A DNA stretch of 64,000 nt from Eledone cirrhosa (taxonomy: Eukaryota): assembly GCA_964016885.1 (NCBI GenBank), contig OZ024748.1, positions 55,800,001-55,864,000 of the forward strand, read 5' to 3'. Under the pieces are notes generated by a model. That model saw only the letters and a list, made by a program, of their open reading frames with translations. It made no database searches and was not told where the DNA came from. Positions within the stretch are counted from its first letter, which is position 1. Each line of letters starts with the position of its first letter. Position numbers and translations under genes: made by a program. Shown in pieces: positions 29,042-40,790 of this stretch.

Positions 29042-30000
29042 CGTAGCAAACGTACAAGGACACGTAATCGCCACCGTAACGTCCTATGGTTCCACCCACC
29101 CCCTACTCTCGGAGTGTGGCCTCCAACATACCCCGTATAGTCTTCGAAGCCTTAGAGAAGAACTTCCCGCCCAACCATTGGTATAGAAACATCTTTAATA
29201 GGAACAATATAAAAATATCCTTCTCTACTACTCCTAACTTAGCAGACATCATAGGAACAACGAACCTCAGTAAGACCACCAAGACACAGCACATTAGCAC
29301 AGACGCACCTACACCTAACAATAACTATATCGGCCTTAACAACTTCCTAGCAGCATCCAATAGTGCTGGCAACGGCCTCTACAGACGCAACCAACATAAC
29401 CGCGACACGACTGGGGAACATGCAGGGCATGACGTGCGGAATAATAATCGTACCACTCTGAGCACTGTGGGTTATAATGGTGCTAACGACAGGTGCGGGA
29501 GCGTAGATAACAACGTAGATAGCAACTATGATAGCCTTACCGTGGGAAGTGGAAGGAACCGCGACAGAAATTGCAACTGCGGCGACAGGGGATGCTGCCC
29601 CCTTAAAGGATACTGCTTGACTGATAGGGTTATATATAGGTGCACTGTAACTAGCCACAATAGCGTTAACAATTATATAGGGGCTACCTCCGGCCCGTTC
29701 AAAATTAGATTTCGAACACATCTCAACTCTTTCACAAATAAGAAAATAAGACACTCCACTTCGCTCACGGACTACATCACATCATTGAAAGTCTTAAACA
29801 TCAGCTTCTCCACGCACTGGGATATTGTCGGCAGGGCTGCACCGTACAACTTCAAGAGGAAGTGCGATTTTTGCCTCATGGAGCTCTACCACATCATAAC
29901 TGCACCCCACGAGCTCATCAACAGTAGAGCTGAAACGACAATAAGTTGTACACATCGCTTAAAAATATCCTTCTTCAGATGGGTTAAGGATGAGGAGTGA
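29042..30000 (+). pseudogene. PLE-1 linker plus GIY-YIG endonuclease
   Basis: RNVLWFHP joined by a +1 frameshift at ~29100 to PYSRSVASNI; Cys cluster CNC-CCPLKGYC; VIY...YIG...RFRTH; CDFC and CTH; stop at 29998-30000. Confidence 0.88.
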
Positions 30001-30376
30001 AACCGCGTACCGGGACCCCCTGCAACAAGCTTTAACACCCCGACGGGCAGGTGCTGCAAAAAAACATCCAGGAAACTAACCATGCATCCCAGACCCAGCT
30101 TCAAACGACCCAGGCGAGCAGGTGCGGAAAAACAAATGTCTCAAAATAAGCGCTGATTACCTGACACTGTGCGTATCGACAATGGTAAGGTTGTAACCAC
30201 ATCTTGCCACGGATAAAAAATTTGTTCGGGTAAGACTGTTCTAACACCGACCAGAGATACCACCCTTGACCTACTGCAAAATCAAAACGCGCTTTTTTAC
30301 GAAGAATGAATTATGACGTGAACTTAACCCCCAAAACTCTTTCCGAGCAATGTAAGGAACACTTTTGGTTATTTAT

Positions 30377-30416
30377 GCCCTTGACAAGCCCAACTGGGCG
30401 AAACGTACGTAGGTGC
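30377..30416 (+). ncRNA. Minimal type I hammerhead ribozyme motif in PLE-1 pLTR (U3:A8 core)
   Basis: gccc TTGACAA gccc-aact-gggc GAAAC gtac GTA ggtgc; palindromic stem III; AATAAA at 30424. Confidence 0.75.
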
Positions 30417-30631
30417 TGTTTTAAATAAACATGTATTAACGGTTATTCTCCGATTTCTTACTTTTCCACATGCTTACGCTCTGCTAACTCTCTCGCCCAC
30501 TAAATATTAACATTTCTAATATTTAATACTGTCGGCACTAGTATTGAGCACATTTTGCATACGCTACTTCGCAAATAACTACATGTATCAACTATCCTTC
30601 CTTTTTTCTCTCTCTCGATACGTAAATACTT

Positions 30632-30687
<56 letters not shown>

Positions 30688-30693
30688 ATAATA

Positions 30694-31140
30694 AAAGAAC
30701 GAATGGTTACTCCTTCATTACTGTTGTTTGGTGACGCGCGTTTCGCTACTGATCACCTGAAGATCCGACCTGTATCGACCTGGCCCGACTCTGGAATCAA
30801 AAGCTCGTCGGACCTCTGTAGTAGTCATTATAATACACTCTGTCTAGGTCTACACCTAGAGGAGAGCGGAGTATACTATTGCTCAAAGGATCTATTTAAT
30901 ATACATAAATGTATTTATGTGAGGTTCTTAAATAATAAACATGGTAGCCTACAAAAGCACTGTTATCAAGAATCGAGGTGTAGAACTAGACAGAGTGTAT
31001 TATAATGACTACTACAGAGGTCCAACGAGCATTTGATTCCAGAGTCGGGCCAGAGCGATACAGATCGAACCTTCAGCTGATCAGTAGTGAAACGCGCGTC
31101 ACCAAACAAACGTAATGATGGAGTATCCATTCGTTCTTTT
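30694..31140. mobile_element. Fold-back HHR element family C
   Basis: 30694-30847 is inverted at 30987-31140; starts next to a TA tract; homolog at 48120-48412. Confidence 0.85.
30730..30814 (-). ncRNA. HHR motif with CCGACGA core and extended stem II (family C)
   Basis: Minus strand: ggt CCGACGA gcttttgat...atcagtagc GAAAC gcgc GTC acc; mutated copies at 31019-31103 and ~48291-48364. Confidence 0.65.
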
Positions 31141-31336
31141 TCGTATTTAATTTATGTATATAGGCATATCGACTATAATACCTTTCATTTAGATAACCCC
31201 ATAAAAAAATCTAACAATTCCGTATTTGCATCCATCTGGCATCTTAAAAACTATGTCAACCAATTTAGTATATTGTGGGGGACCTTGTGAAATGTCAAAC
31301 TCTAGAGCCAGAATTATACTTACTTTTTGAATAAAC

Positions 31337-31625
31337 AGGCGGTGGATTGGCAGTATAGGTAGACGGTCGGACGCCATGCTATATATCATAGAGTTACGCC
31401 CCTTTATGTTAACTTTGCATTTCATCCTTGCGGGATCGATAATATAAAGTACCAGTAATTCACTGGCATAATTGCTAGCCTTGTGCCCCAAATAGAAATA
31501 ATTATTTTGCCTTTAATCCTTACGGTGTCGATAAAATAAAGTACTAGTCACTTACTTGGGTTAATTTAATAGACTTTCCCCTCCCTCAAAATTGCTGGCA
31601 TTGTGCCTAAAGTAGAAACAATTAT
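31337..31625 (+). mobile_element. SINE family 1 copy followed by a second, long-form 3' fragment
   Basis: Head ggcggtggattggcagt; two cores; flanked by tttgaataaac. Confidence 0.85.
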
Positions 31626-31858
31626 TTGAATAAACGAAAACAAACATGCTAAAGCAGTTTGATTTCTGCTCCATCCTCTTTTTCACTTATGCCTTCTACC
31701 TTATACTAAACCTCCCATTTTCCTGTTCCAGTGATATTTATGCTTCTTGTTTCAATATATTATCTCCTCACTATATAAAAAGAAAAGCAGGGTTTGCGAA
31801 GCTATTGTAGATGAGACTTCGAAGTAAAGAGCCACTATTATTGTTTAAAAGAATAGTG

Positions 31859-31976
31859 GCTGAGTTCAAATCCCGCCGAGGTTAACTTTTCAATACATCC
31901 TTACGCGGTCGATAAAATAAAGTACCAGTAATACACTGAGATAATTGCTGGCCTTGTGCCAAAAGTAGAAACAACT
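31859..31976 (+). mobile_element. SINE family 1, 5'-truncated
   Basis: ctgagttcaaatcccgccgagg to gtagaaacaa. Confidence 0.85.
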
Positions 31977-32033
31977 ATTGTTTAAAATAATCGGAGATTG
32001 GTTATATCCGTATGCGTATGCATATTTATAGTT

Positions 32034-32316
32034 GAGGCACGTGGCCTAGTGGTAAGGATGTTTGACTTACGATCATAATGTCGTGGGTTCAATTCCTGGG
32101 TTGCGTGTTGTTTTCTTGAGCAAAACACTTCATTTCACGTTGCTCCAGTATACTCAGCTGAAAATGTGTACCAGCAATAGCTGGCGGCTTAATCGTGCGA
32201 TGGACTGGCGTCCTGCACAGGAGGGAGTCTTCTCCTCTCAGTCGCTACACGCCATGAAACCGGGATAAACACCGGCCAAATGAGCCTTCTGGCTTAAGAC
32301 AGACTTTAGACTTTAG
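32034..32316 (+). mobile_element. tRNA-derived SINE family 2
   Basis: A box tggcctagtgg, B box ggttcaattcc, gcgatggactggcgtcc (V-domain-like, from memory), tail (agacttt)2, flanking atgcatat.tata. Confidence 0.82.
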
Positions 32317-32708
32317 ATGCATATATATATATATATATGTATGCGTGTGTGTGTGTGTATGTGGCGGGGGTGCGTGCGTGTCGAGGAATATGTTTATATA
32401 TTTATAAATATTTCCTAACTATTCGAACAAACCAACAATCATACTTAGACATGAAGCTATATGCCTACAAAAATCTGTGTGTGTTCGTTTGTTTGTAGAA
32501 AGGTATATATTATATAGACTTAAATAAAGATAATATTTAGACTGATAAGTATTAATGGTATAGATATGGTTATATATATATATATATATTAAAGCTATCG
32601 ATACGAGTTTCATTAAGAAGTAAATATCGTTACTTTGAGGAGAAACATTTTTCCCTCATATCAACACACGCACTCACACATATACACACGCGTAAATACA
32701 TAGATATT

Positions 32709-32751
<43 letters not shown>

Positions 32752-32760
32752 ATATGTATG

Positions 32761-32791
<31 letters not shown>

Positions 32792-32798
32792 GTATATG

Positions 32799-32834
<36 letters not shown>

Positions 32835-32854
32835 TATATATATATACACACACA

Positions 32855-32885
<31 letters not shown>

Positions 32886-33520
32886 GTATATAAAGAATAT
32901 ATATGTACACATACACACACACACGAACACACATATATAAATATATATACATTTATATAGGTACGTATATATAAAATTAAATTTTACTTATAGGCATTAT
33001 GCATACGAACTCCAAATAATTCTAATATTGGAAGCCAAACTGAGTGACAAGAGGTGGGTAGGACATGGTTGTAAGAAATATTCCCATGACAAAATTATTA
33101 TTATGAAATCTATTCGTAAGAATGTAACAATGGGAGAAATAATTGAAATTTTCGAGTAGATGAAAACTGATGAAAAATATGAACAAGAAAAAATACGAAA
33201 TCAAAATAAATAAAACGAAACGCTCTACTAAATTATGTGACGGCGGGAGAGATTTTAATATAATTACATAGAGTTTAGGGTTATAATTTTCTTCTTTCTA
33301 TTTGATCAAAGCATAAAAATAACTTTTTAGATCCTAATCTATTTTATTTCTCTATATTTTCCAAAATTGTGTTATTATAACATTGTATTAACAACATAAC
33401 AAGTATGAATGTATGTACCTATTATGAAGAAATAGTATATATATATATATATATATATAATACAAATGTATATAATATATATATAATACAAATGTATATA
33501 ATATATATATAATACAAATG

Positions 33521-33570
<50 letters not shown>

Positions 33571-33749
33571 CAAACGTATATAATATACATATATATATAC
33601 AAAATGTGTGTGTGTGTGCGTATATATAGGTGTATGTATGCATATACGTATAGAGTTATATATATGTATGTGCAAGTGTGTGTATGAAATATGTGTGAAT
33701 AAATCGTACATACATACATTATATATATATATAATGTATGTATGTATGT

Positions 33750-33791
<42 letters not shown>

Positions 33792-33898
33792 TATGTGTGT
33801 GTGTATAACACGCACGTGCATATATATATATAATTATACATACACACCCACAGTCAATAAATCGAGCACGCGCGCACACACACACACACACCCATAGC

Positions 33899-33929
<31 letters not shown>

Positions 33930-34167
33930 ATATGTTCTGTAAGGGGGTTTATAATGAGAGAGAGAAAACATGATACGTCAGTAGATATAGATAGACAGAT
34001 AGATAGATAAATGTACAAAGGATAAAGTGAAAGAGAAATCATTTCGCAATGCATCTCGTACAGTTCGTTTGTTTATCTCCTGTAAAATGAAAGTTAAACC
34101 GCCTGTATATCGTGTTTTCTCACAAATGAATGCCTTTATATATATACATAATATATATATATATATA

Positions 34168-34197
<30 letters not shown>

Positions 34198-34198
<1 letters not shown>

Positions 34199-35292
34199 CA
34201 TTATGAAGAGAGAAGAAACATTTAGATATAATTAGTAATAAAATGTATCATACCTAAACTGTTCCTAAATTCCTCGACTACGTAGTTTCGTGGCATAAAC
34301 AAAAACAATATATCAAAGATATAGAGTCCTTGCGAGGTCTGCCGACTTATCAAGAGGATACCTCATTTTACTAGTCTCAAGAACGCGTCTACACGACGTG
34401 AGACCTCGCAAGGACTCTATATCTTTGATATATTGTTTTTGTTTATGCCACGAAACTACGTAGTCGAGGAATTTAGGAACAGTTTAGGTATGATACATTT
34501 TATTACTAATTATATCTAAATGTTTCTTCTCTCTACATAATGTATTTTTAACTCTGATACTGGTTCAGTCTAGTTCAAACTGAATTGGTCTGTCCCAGTC
34601 ATTCATTGAGCAACATCGGTGAAGTTGGCACCCTTAACTCACAGTTGGGTGCGGATGCATTCATGTATATATGTGTGTGTCCGCATGTATCTGTGTGTTT
34701 CTAAATATATTAATAACTCCCTCTGGTCGAGCAATCTTTGAAGTGTGGGGACAACTGGAAAGCTTCCATTACTCATACTTCTCGCCTTCTTCACTACCTC
34801 TTCTGCGGCCTCGATATGAATACCCCCTCCGCCTCCGTGGTATTTTCTTCGTGGTTATAAGAGGCTTAGCTCTGTTTCTCGACCGTTATATCGCGTGACT
34901 ATCTCCCCCTCCGCCTTTTGGGATTCTTTCTCACGTCGTGTAGACGCATTCTTGAGACTAGTAAAATGAGGTATCCTCTTGATAAGTCGGCAGACCTCGC
35001 AAGGACTCTATATCTTTGATATATTGTTTTTGTTTATGCCACGAAACTACGTAGTCGAGGAATTTAGGAACAGTTTAGGTATGATACATTTTATTACTAA
35101 TTATATCTAAATGTTTCTTCTCTCTTCATAATGTATTTTTAACTCTGATACTGGTTCAGTCTAGTTCAAACTGAATTGGTCTGTCCCAGTCATTCATTGA
35201 GCAACATCGGTGAAGTTGGCACCCTTAACTCACAGTTGGGTGCGGATGCATTCATGTATATATGTGTGTGTCCGCATGTATCTGTGTGTTTC

Positions 35293-35300
<8 letters not shown>
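34198..35300 (+). mobile_element. Non-coding HHR element family D: ~591-bp unit as ~1.5 tandem copies plus a 5' inverted arm
   Basis: 34401-34710 repeats at 34992-35300 (period 591); 34198-34403 is an inverted copy of ~34930-35135; TA flanks; no credible ORF. Confidence 0.88.
34974..35061 (+). ncRNA. Type I HHR motif, U3:A8 core, long loop 2
   Basis: tcctc TTGATAA gt(c)ggca...tgccac GAAAC tacgta GTC gagga; identical motif on - strand at 34271-34358. Confidence 0.75.
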
Positions 35301-35327
<27 letters not shown>

Positions 35328-35331
<4 letters not shown>

Positions 35332-35548
35332 GAGGTTCCTGTCAGCATGACTTGGCAAGCTATTTAGAACATTTGTTTAACCGCTTTATTTCCCTACGAA
35401 GAAGAGATATTATCTCGAAAATTAAGGACATTTAAATAAATCTAAAGTAAAAGACTAATTATCAACAATATCTTTTGCATTTGCATTCTTTATTCTATGT
35501 CCTTAACCTGCATTGTTTTGGCTTTATTATACATATACAAACGTTTAT
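35328..35548 (+). mobile_element. Solo pLTR related to PLE-2
   Basis: Shares gaagaagagatattatctcgaaaattaaggacatttaaataaa and the 3' end with 38140-38284; between TA tracts. Confidence 0.75.
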
Positions 35549-35614
35549 ATATATATATATATATATTGTTTTCTATATATTACTACCACCGCTCGTTTAT
35601 TTTCCCCTCATCTT

Positions 35615-35659
<45 letters not shown>

Positions 35660-35822
35660 GGATAACAAGTTATCGTTATAGGTAATCCATTTAGAGGTTG
35701 TCAGTACACTGTATTGTAGATAGTTTTAACGTACGGCTTTGTTTGATTTAACAAGATGTTTCCATAGTTAGGTAGCGAGTTCGCGAGATTTCCCATTGAA
35801 GGTTATACTTTGAGTAATAATA

Positions 35823-36191
35823 GTGAAAGATTGAAGAATAACGTAGCCGGCTAAACAAATACTGTATTGAAGGTCGAGTGACGCAACTTCGAGTGCTTAG
35901 CGGCCTTTAGACTCACCTGAACAATGAAATAATTAATTGTTTCTACTTTTGGCACAAGGCCATCAATTAACCAGTACATTACTGGTACTTTATTTTATCT
36001 ACCCCGTAAGGATGAACGGCAAAGTTCACCTCGGCGGGATTTGAACTCAGACCGTAAAGGGAGGTAACTATGCTGGAAAGCATGGCGTCCGACTCTCTAC
36101 TAATACTGCCAATCCACCGCCCTAATGAAATAATTAATACTTGAAATAAAGCCTCTTGTTGTACAGCCGACCATGTTATTCTTCAATCTTT

Positions 36192-36195
<4 letters not shown>
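35823..36195. repeat. Fold-back element interrupted by a SINE
   Basis: tgaaagattgaagaataac is inverted as gttattcttcaatctttca; SINE at 35938-36123 lies in the loop. Confidence 0.6.
35938..36123 (-). mobile_element. SINE family 1, full length with TSD
   Basis: 15-bp TSD aatgaaataattaat at 35923 and 36124. Confidence 0.92.
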
Positions 36196-36226
<31 letters not shown>

Positions 36227-36230
36227 GAGT

Positions 36231-36545
36231 AAAAACCCACTTCGGTCTGGGATGAACATGGCTTTTGCACCTATAAATTTCCCCTCCGAGGCATAAGACC
36301 GAGCCAGGTGTTTTGTAAAAGAACAGCAGTCATTCTTGTGTGCTAGCCTCCCTTATTCCACGCCACCTATATTGTCTAAGCGTAAGGTAAAATCGATGGA
36401 ACTTCGACAACAAAACTCATTTCTACAACTGAGTGAACTGGTGCAGGGAGAAATAAAGTGTCTTGTTCAAGGTTAAAGCGCAACAGTCTGCCGTGGAATC
36501 GAACTTACAACCACACGATTCTGAAATTAACGCTCTAATCCCTTT
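36231..36545 (-). mobile_element. tRNA-derived SINE family 3
   Basis: Minus strand: gttcgattcc B box; cttgaacaagacactttatttc..ccagttcactcag central part similar to family 2; different 3' tail. Confidence 0.7.
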
Positions 36546-36607
36546 TACTACACAGACACACACACAGACATACGCACCTATCTATATGTGAGTGTGTCGG
36601 TAGGGTT

Positions 36608-36830
36608 ATATAATTACATAATAAACAAAATATAATAATTCCATTACCAAAGATTTCAGGAAACTAGACGATCCTTACAGAAACGTCCAGCTTGTTCATC
36701 AGATGAAGATCCTCTAGTTTTCTGACACCTTTGGTAATGGAATAATTATATCGTTTTGTTTATTATATAATTAAATAGCTCTGTACGATACATAAAGCAC
36801 TCTTCTTTCCTTTACCCTTTCTACGGAAAT
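36608..36830. mobile_element. Fold-back HHR element family E
   Basis: ~36608-36676 is inverted at ~36706-36773; shares aattatatcg, gtttatt, tagctctgta and agcactcttc motifs with 23357-23670. Confidence 0.75.
36642..36705 (-). ncRNA. Type I HHR motif, canonical core (family E)
   Basis: Minus strand: cat CTGATGA acaa-gctggacg...cgtctagt-ttcct GAAA tctttgg TA atg. Confidence 0.65.
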
Positions 36831-36886
<56 letters not shown>

Positions 36887-37192
36887 AGGAGGTTATAGTT
36901 CACTTGAAGCATTGTGTAATGAGGTATAAACGTTAGAATATGTGTAATAAGGCCAAGACAATGCAGATATGGACATAGAAAAAGAATGCAATAGTGAGAG
37001 ATATTGATGAGAATTCGTCTTTCACCTTGAATTTATTTAAATGTCCTTAATTTTCGAGATAATATCTCTTCTTTGGAGGGAAGTAAAAGTCTCAGACCAG
37101 CGTCTAAATTTCCAATGAAGCCATGCTGACCGGAAATAGTATAGAGTTCTAACTTTAATATCAAAGAATTAAAATTAGGTGGGTAAAGAGTA

Positions 37193-37759
37193 CTCAAACT
37201 GAACGGATACACGACATCCACCACAAACCGTGCCAGAAAGAACAGAGGGCACCACACCCGAGGCACTAACACTTGCTTCCTGAAGCTCCCACACTTCAGT
37301 GAAGAAACAACAACAGCCATCCGCAGAGCCATCAGACGAGAAGGTCTGGATATTCAACTGGCCCATTCGGGTCCTTCTTTGCGTGGACGGCTAGCTAAGA
37401 GACACTCCACCAGACATGACAACTGCTGCAGACTAGCCAACTGCCCCATCAACGACACAGACCTATGCCACCAGGCTTACGTAGTTTACAGACTAGAGTG
37501 TGACAAATGCAACAACTTCTACGTAGGTAGCACCACCAGACCACTCCACATAAGAATAAAAGAACACCTCAATACTAACGCTTCCTCATTTAAGAAACAC
37601 CTAGTTAAATGCAAAAACACTGATAAAAACATAACAGTTAGGATAGAAACTAAAGAAAGAAACCTCGGTAATCTTAGAATCAAGGAAGCACTCATTATAG
37701 ATAGAACACATCCACCAATCAATAATAGACTAGAGCTCAACACCCAATTTATAACCTGA
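37193..37759 (+). pseudogene. PLE-2 thumb end, Cys linker and GIY-YIG endonuclease (uninterrupted frame, no start)
   Basis: LKLNGY..FLKLPHFSE..CRLANCPI..LC..VVYRLECDKCNNFYVGSTTRPLHIRIKEH..LRIKEALII..PPINNR. Confidence 0.9.
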
Positions 37760-38134
37760 TAGGGCCTCTAGCCCCACTTTACACACCCCACACACACGCA
37801 CGCACACACCTCCACTTATTCTCTCTCACACATACACACACAAAACCAGTTCTAACACCAGATAACACCTACCCCCCACTTTTACGACTAGACCTATCTT
37901 CCCACACTCACACACACACATACCTACACCTTCATGCTTTCTCCCACACACATATACAGGCACGCATATAAAATTTAAAAAACACAACAAAAACATAAAC
38001 AAACCCCTCTTAAAGGGAGACTACTCTTTACCCACCTAATTTTAATTCTTTGATATTAAAGTTAGAACTCTATACTATTTCCGGTCAGCATGGCTTCATT
38101 GGAAATTTAGACGCTGGTCTGAGACTTTTACTTC

Positions 38135-38169
38135 ACTCCGAAGAAGAGATATTATCTCGAAAATTAAGG
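38135..38169 (+). ncRNA. Minimal HHR-like motif in PLE-2 pLTR
   Basis: act CCGAAGA-A gagata-t-tatctc GAAA at TA agg followed by aataaa; related copies at ~37044-37080 (-) and ~35391-35428. Confidence 0.5.
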
Positions 38170-38282
38170 ACATTTAAATAAATTCAAGGTGAAAGACGAA
38201 TTCTCATCAATATCTCTCACTATTGCATTCTTTTTCTATGTCCATATCTGCATTGTCTTGGCCTTATTACACATATTCTAAC

Positions 38283-38344
<62 letters not shown>

Positions 38345-38354
38345 TTGCATTTTA

Positions 38355-38588
38355 GACTTGGCTCCGTTTAATTGATTATTTGTCTAGTTAATTTCTACGG
38401 GCTAAGAAGAAAGACTATGTAAATTTGATCTGACTGTTCCTCACAGAGGATAGTCTCTGACATTTATCTGTTATTTATTCGAAGATACATTTGAAACTTA
38501 GCTCCGTTTAAATGATTATTTATCTAGTTAATTCCTACGGACTAAGGAGAAGAAAAATTGCATATATTTTGTCTGACTGTTCTTCAAA
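38355..38588. repeat. ~140-bp-period partial tandem repeat between TA tracts
   Basis: gctccgttta..tgattattt.tctagttaatt.ctacgg.ctaag...tctgactgttc occurs twice. Confidence 0.75.
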
Positions 38589-38590
38589 CT

Positions 38591-38661
<71 letters not shown>

Positions 38662-38692
38662 CAATGATATTAAATAAATGGAAACTATATTT

Positions 38693-38753
38693 ATTTTATT
38701 ATATATATTTCAAGGGTACCAAGACACATTGGTACGCTTTCATCAGATAAAAT
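38693..38753 (-). ncRNA. Type I HHR motif, same family as 6463
   Basis: Minus strand: attttat CTGATGA aagcgtaccaa-tgtgtc-ttggtaccctt GAAA tatata TA ataaaat. Confidence 0.8.
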
Positions 38754-39607
38754 ACAAAGTTTGTTTCTTAAATAGAGACATACCCATGAAAATAATACCT
38801 TATCATTTGGAAATTCACTATCCAGTGGGAATTAATGGATTTCGACAAATGTCTTTAAGGTAGAGCCTTATATATTCTCCTACGTCTGTGAGATTCATTG
38901 ATAACGTTGGACGCGTTATTGGCAGTTATAAGGACAATGTGTGAGGTGTTTTACTATTTACGCTTCACTTTTATGTGTCACATAGTATGCCAGCAAGATT
39001 CCTAATTACGTTAATACGCTAATTGTAAATGACGTCGGTTCACCGGTACGACTTGAAAGCGAAGCTTTTTCCTCACAGTGGAAATACCAAAAGCCGAGAA
39101 CACCAAATATAATGCAGTAAATACAGAGCAAAATTAAGTTAATTCTGTTTCCTTCCAGATGGACAAATGGTTTCAGAGGATTTCTGTCGGGTATTATTCA
39201 GACTTCTTCAAGCTGTATTTTCACAGGAGAGAACGAAAGTGTCGGATTGGTGAAACTGGTGGCTTCATTATATTGACAAACAGATCCATTTCACGAAGTT
39301 AATCCTTATGTCTTCACGGCAAAGAATACTATTTCGCTCAAACACAAAGTTCCCTTGTGTCAAGACATACCATTTATTTACCTTTAATTGTTCCCAAATA
39401 TGAAAATACCCCATTGAGAAGCAAAATATTAACCAGCTAATATTGACTTTGGAGAAGAGATCCATTCTTGAACAATCATAGCAGGCGTGTTTCTAATAGA
39501 GGAAGTACGAAATGTTTTTCTCTAAGCCTGACATCGAATGCTTTTTGAAACACCAACTATAAACTTACTCTCTCACACATTCACACGCATACTTCAGCAC
39601 ACAGTTA

Positions 39608-39657
<50 letters not shown>

Positions 39658-39698
39658 GAATAGAAAATGAAAAATCAGGGATGCATACATGTCTGTCA

Positions 39699-39727
<29 letters not shown>

Positions 39728-39774
<47 letters not shown>

Positions 39775-39825
39775 TGTATGTATGTATGTATGTATGTATG
39801 TATGTATGTATGTATGTATGTATGT
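39728..39825. repeat. (TATG)n microsatellite
   Basis: Direct reading. Confidence 0.95.
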
Positions 39826-40348
39826 CTGCCTGCCTGTCTGTGTGTTCATATATATTTCACACACCCCGGCCAAATTGTCTCCAATTTACCCGGTTGTATA
39901 CTGTAGTGAGAATAACTGAGCACAGGGATATTATACAAACAGCAATATATTTTCTTAGACATTCTAATCACATGTCCATAATACCTGGAACGACTCCCAC
40001 ATTACCGAGGTACGACCATCGTCGGGTAAATTTACTGCAAAGAACCTTCAAAGAACCAGGTTTTAATCGAGATTGTGTTCTTCCTCTCATTATTTAAGAT
40101 TTCTAAATATAGGTATCGGTAGGCACGTACACCGACTCAAAGATAATTAGATCAAATGTTTATAACAATCCCCAATCTTCTCATGACGAAGTGCAAAAGC
40201 GGGTGCTATACTGCAGAAATTAATTGATATGGAAACAAGTGGCCAGAATGTTTCAACTGAGTATCCATTTCCGTATCTCTCGGTAAAACACACACACACA
40301 CACACATACACACACACACACACACACATTGTACGTGTGTATATATGT

Positions 40349-40389
<41 letters not shown>

Positions 40390-40393
<4 letters not shown>

Positions 40394-40580
40394 AACCAGT
40401 AAGACCCCGACAGCTGAGCTCAAGCCGTTTCGACGGCTAATTCTGGACTCAATTAGCCGTCGAAACGGCTTGAGCTCAGCTGTCGGGGTCTTACTGGTTC
40501 CTATTACCCACTCTACTACCTCAAGTATTGAGTACTTTGGTGCGTTATGGTCCACCTGGTTCCTTACCACATTTCCTTCG

Positions 40581-40583
<3 letters not shown>
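40390..40583 (+). mobile_element. Family A fold-back copy
   Basis: Perfect ~53-bp inverted arms around 40443-40450 plus the family tail; TA flanks. Confidence 0.88.
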
Positions 40584-40629
<46 letters not shown>

Positions 40630-40757
40630 GATATGTATTTAGATATATTTGTATGAATGTAGATATATATGTATGTATATGTATATATATGCGTATGTAT
40701 ATATGGATATGTTGGTATGTATATATGTATGTATATATATATGTAAAAGCTAAACAG

Positions 40758-40790
<33 letters not shown>

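Larger units (their letters stand above)
28164..30600 (+). mobile_element. Penelope-like retroelement (PLE-1), 5'-truncated, RT C-terminus/thumb plus GIY-YIG endonuclease, frameshifted, with 3' pseudo-LTR
   Basis: FLDVTL..YKPYHKP..YINYASNHP..ISRLS (RT end/thumb); RNVLWFHPPYS; CNC..CCPLKGYC; VIYRC..YIGAT..FKIRFRTH (GIY-YIG); HHR motif and AATAAA downstream; both ends lie at (TA)n tracts. Confidence 0.9.
36884..38284 (+). mobile_element. Penelope-like retroelement (PLE-2), 5'-truncated, with inverted pLTR at the 5' end
   Basis: 36930-37192 is a near-perfect inverted copy of 38022-38284; a GIY-YIG frame lies between them; (TA)n on both sides. Confidence 0.92.

Noticed and set aside
31078-31100. 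CTGATCA as a minimal HHR core
   Set aside because: Not conserved in the other arm (GTGATCA); better explained as the 3' strand of the long stem II
32034-32105. tRNA gene
   Set aside because: A/B boxes continue into a SINE body and tail; no clean cloverleaf
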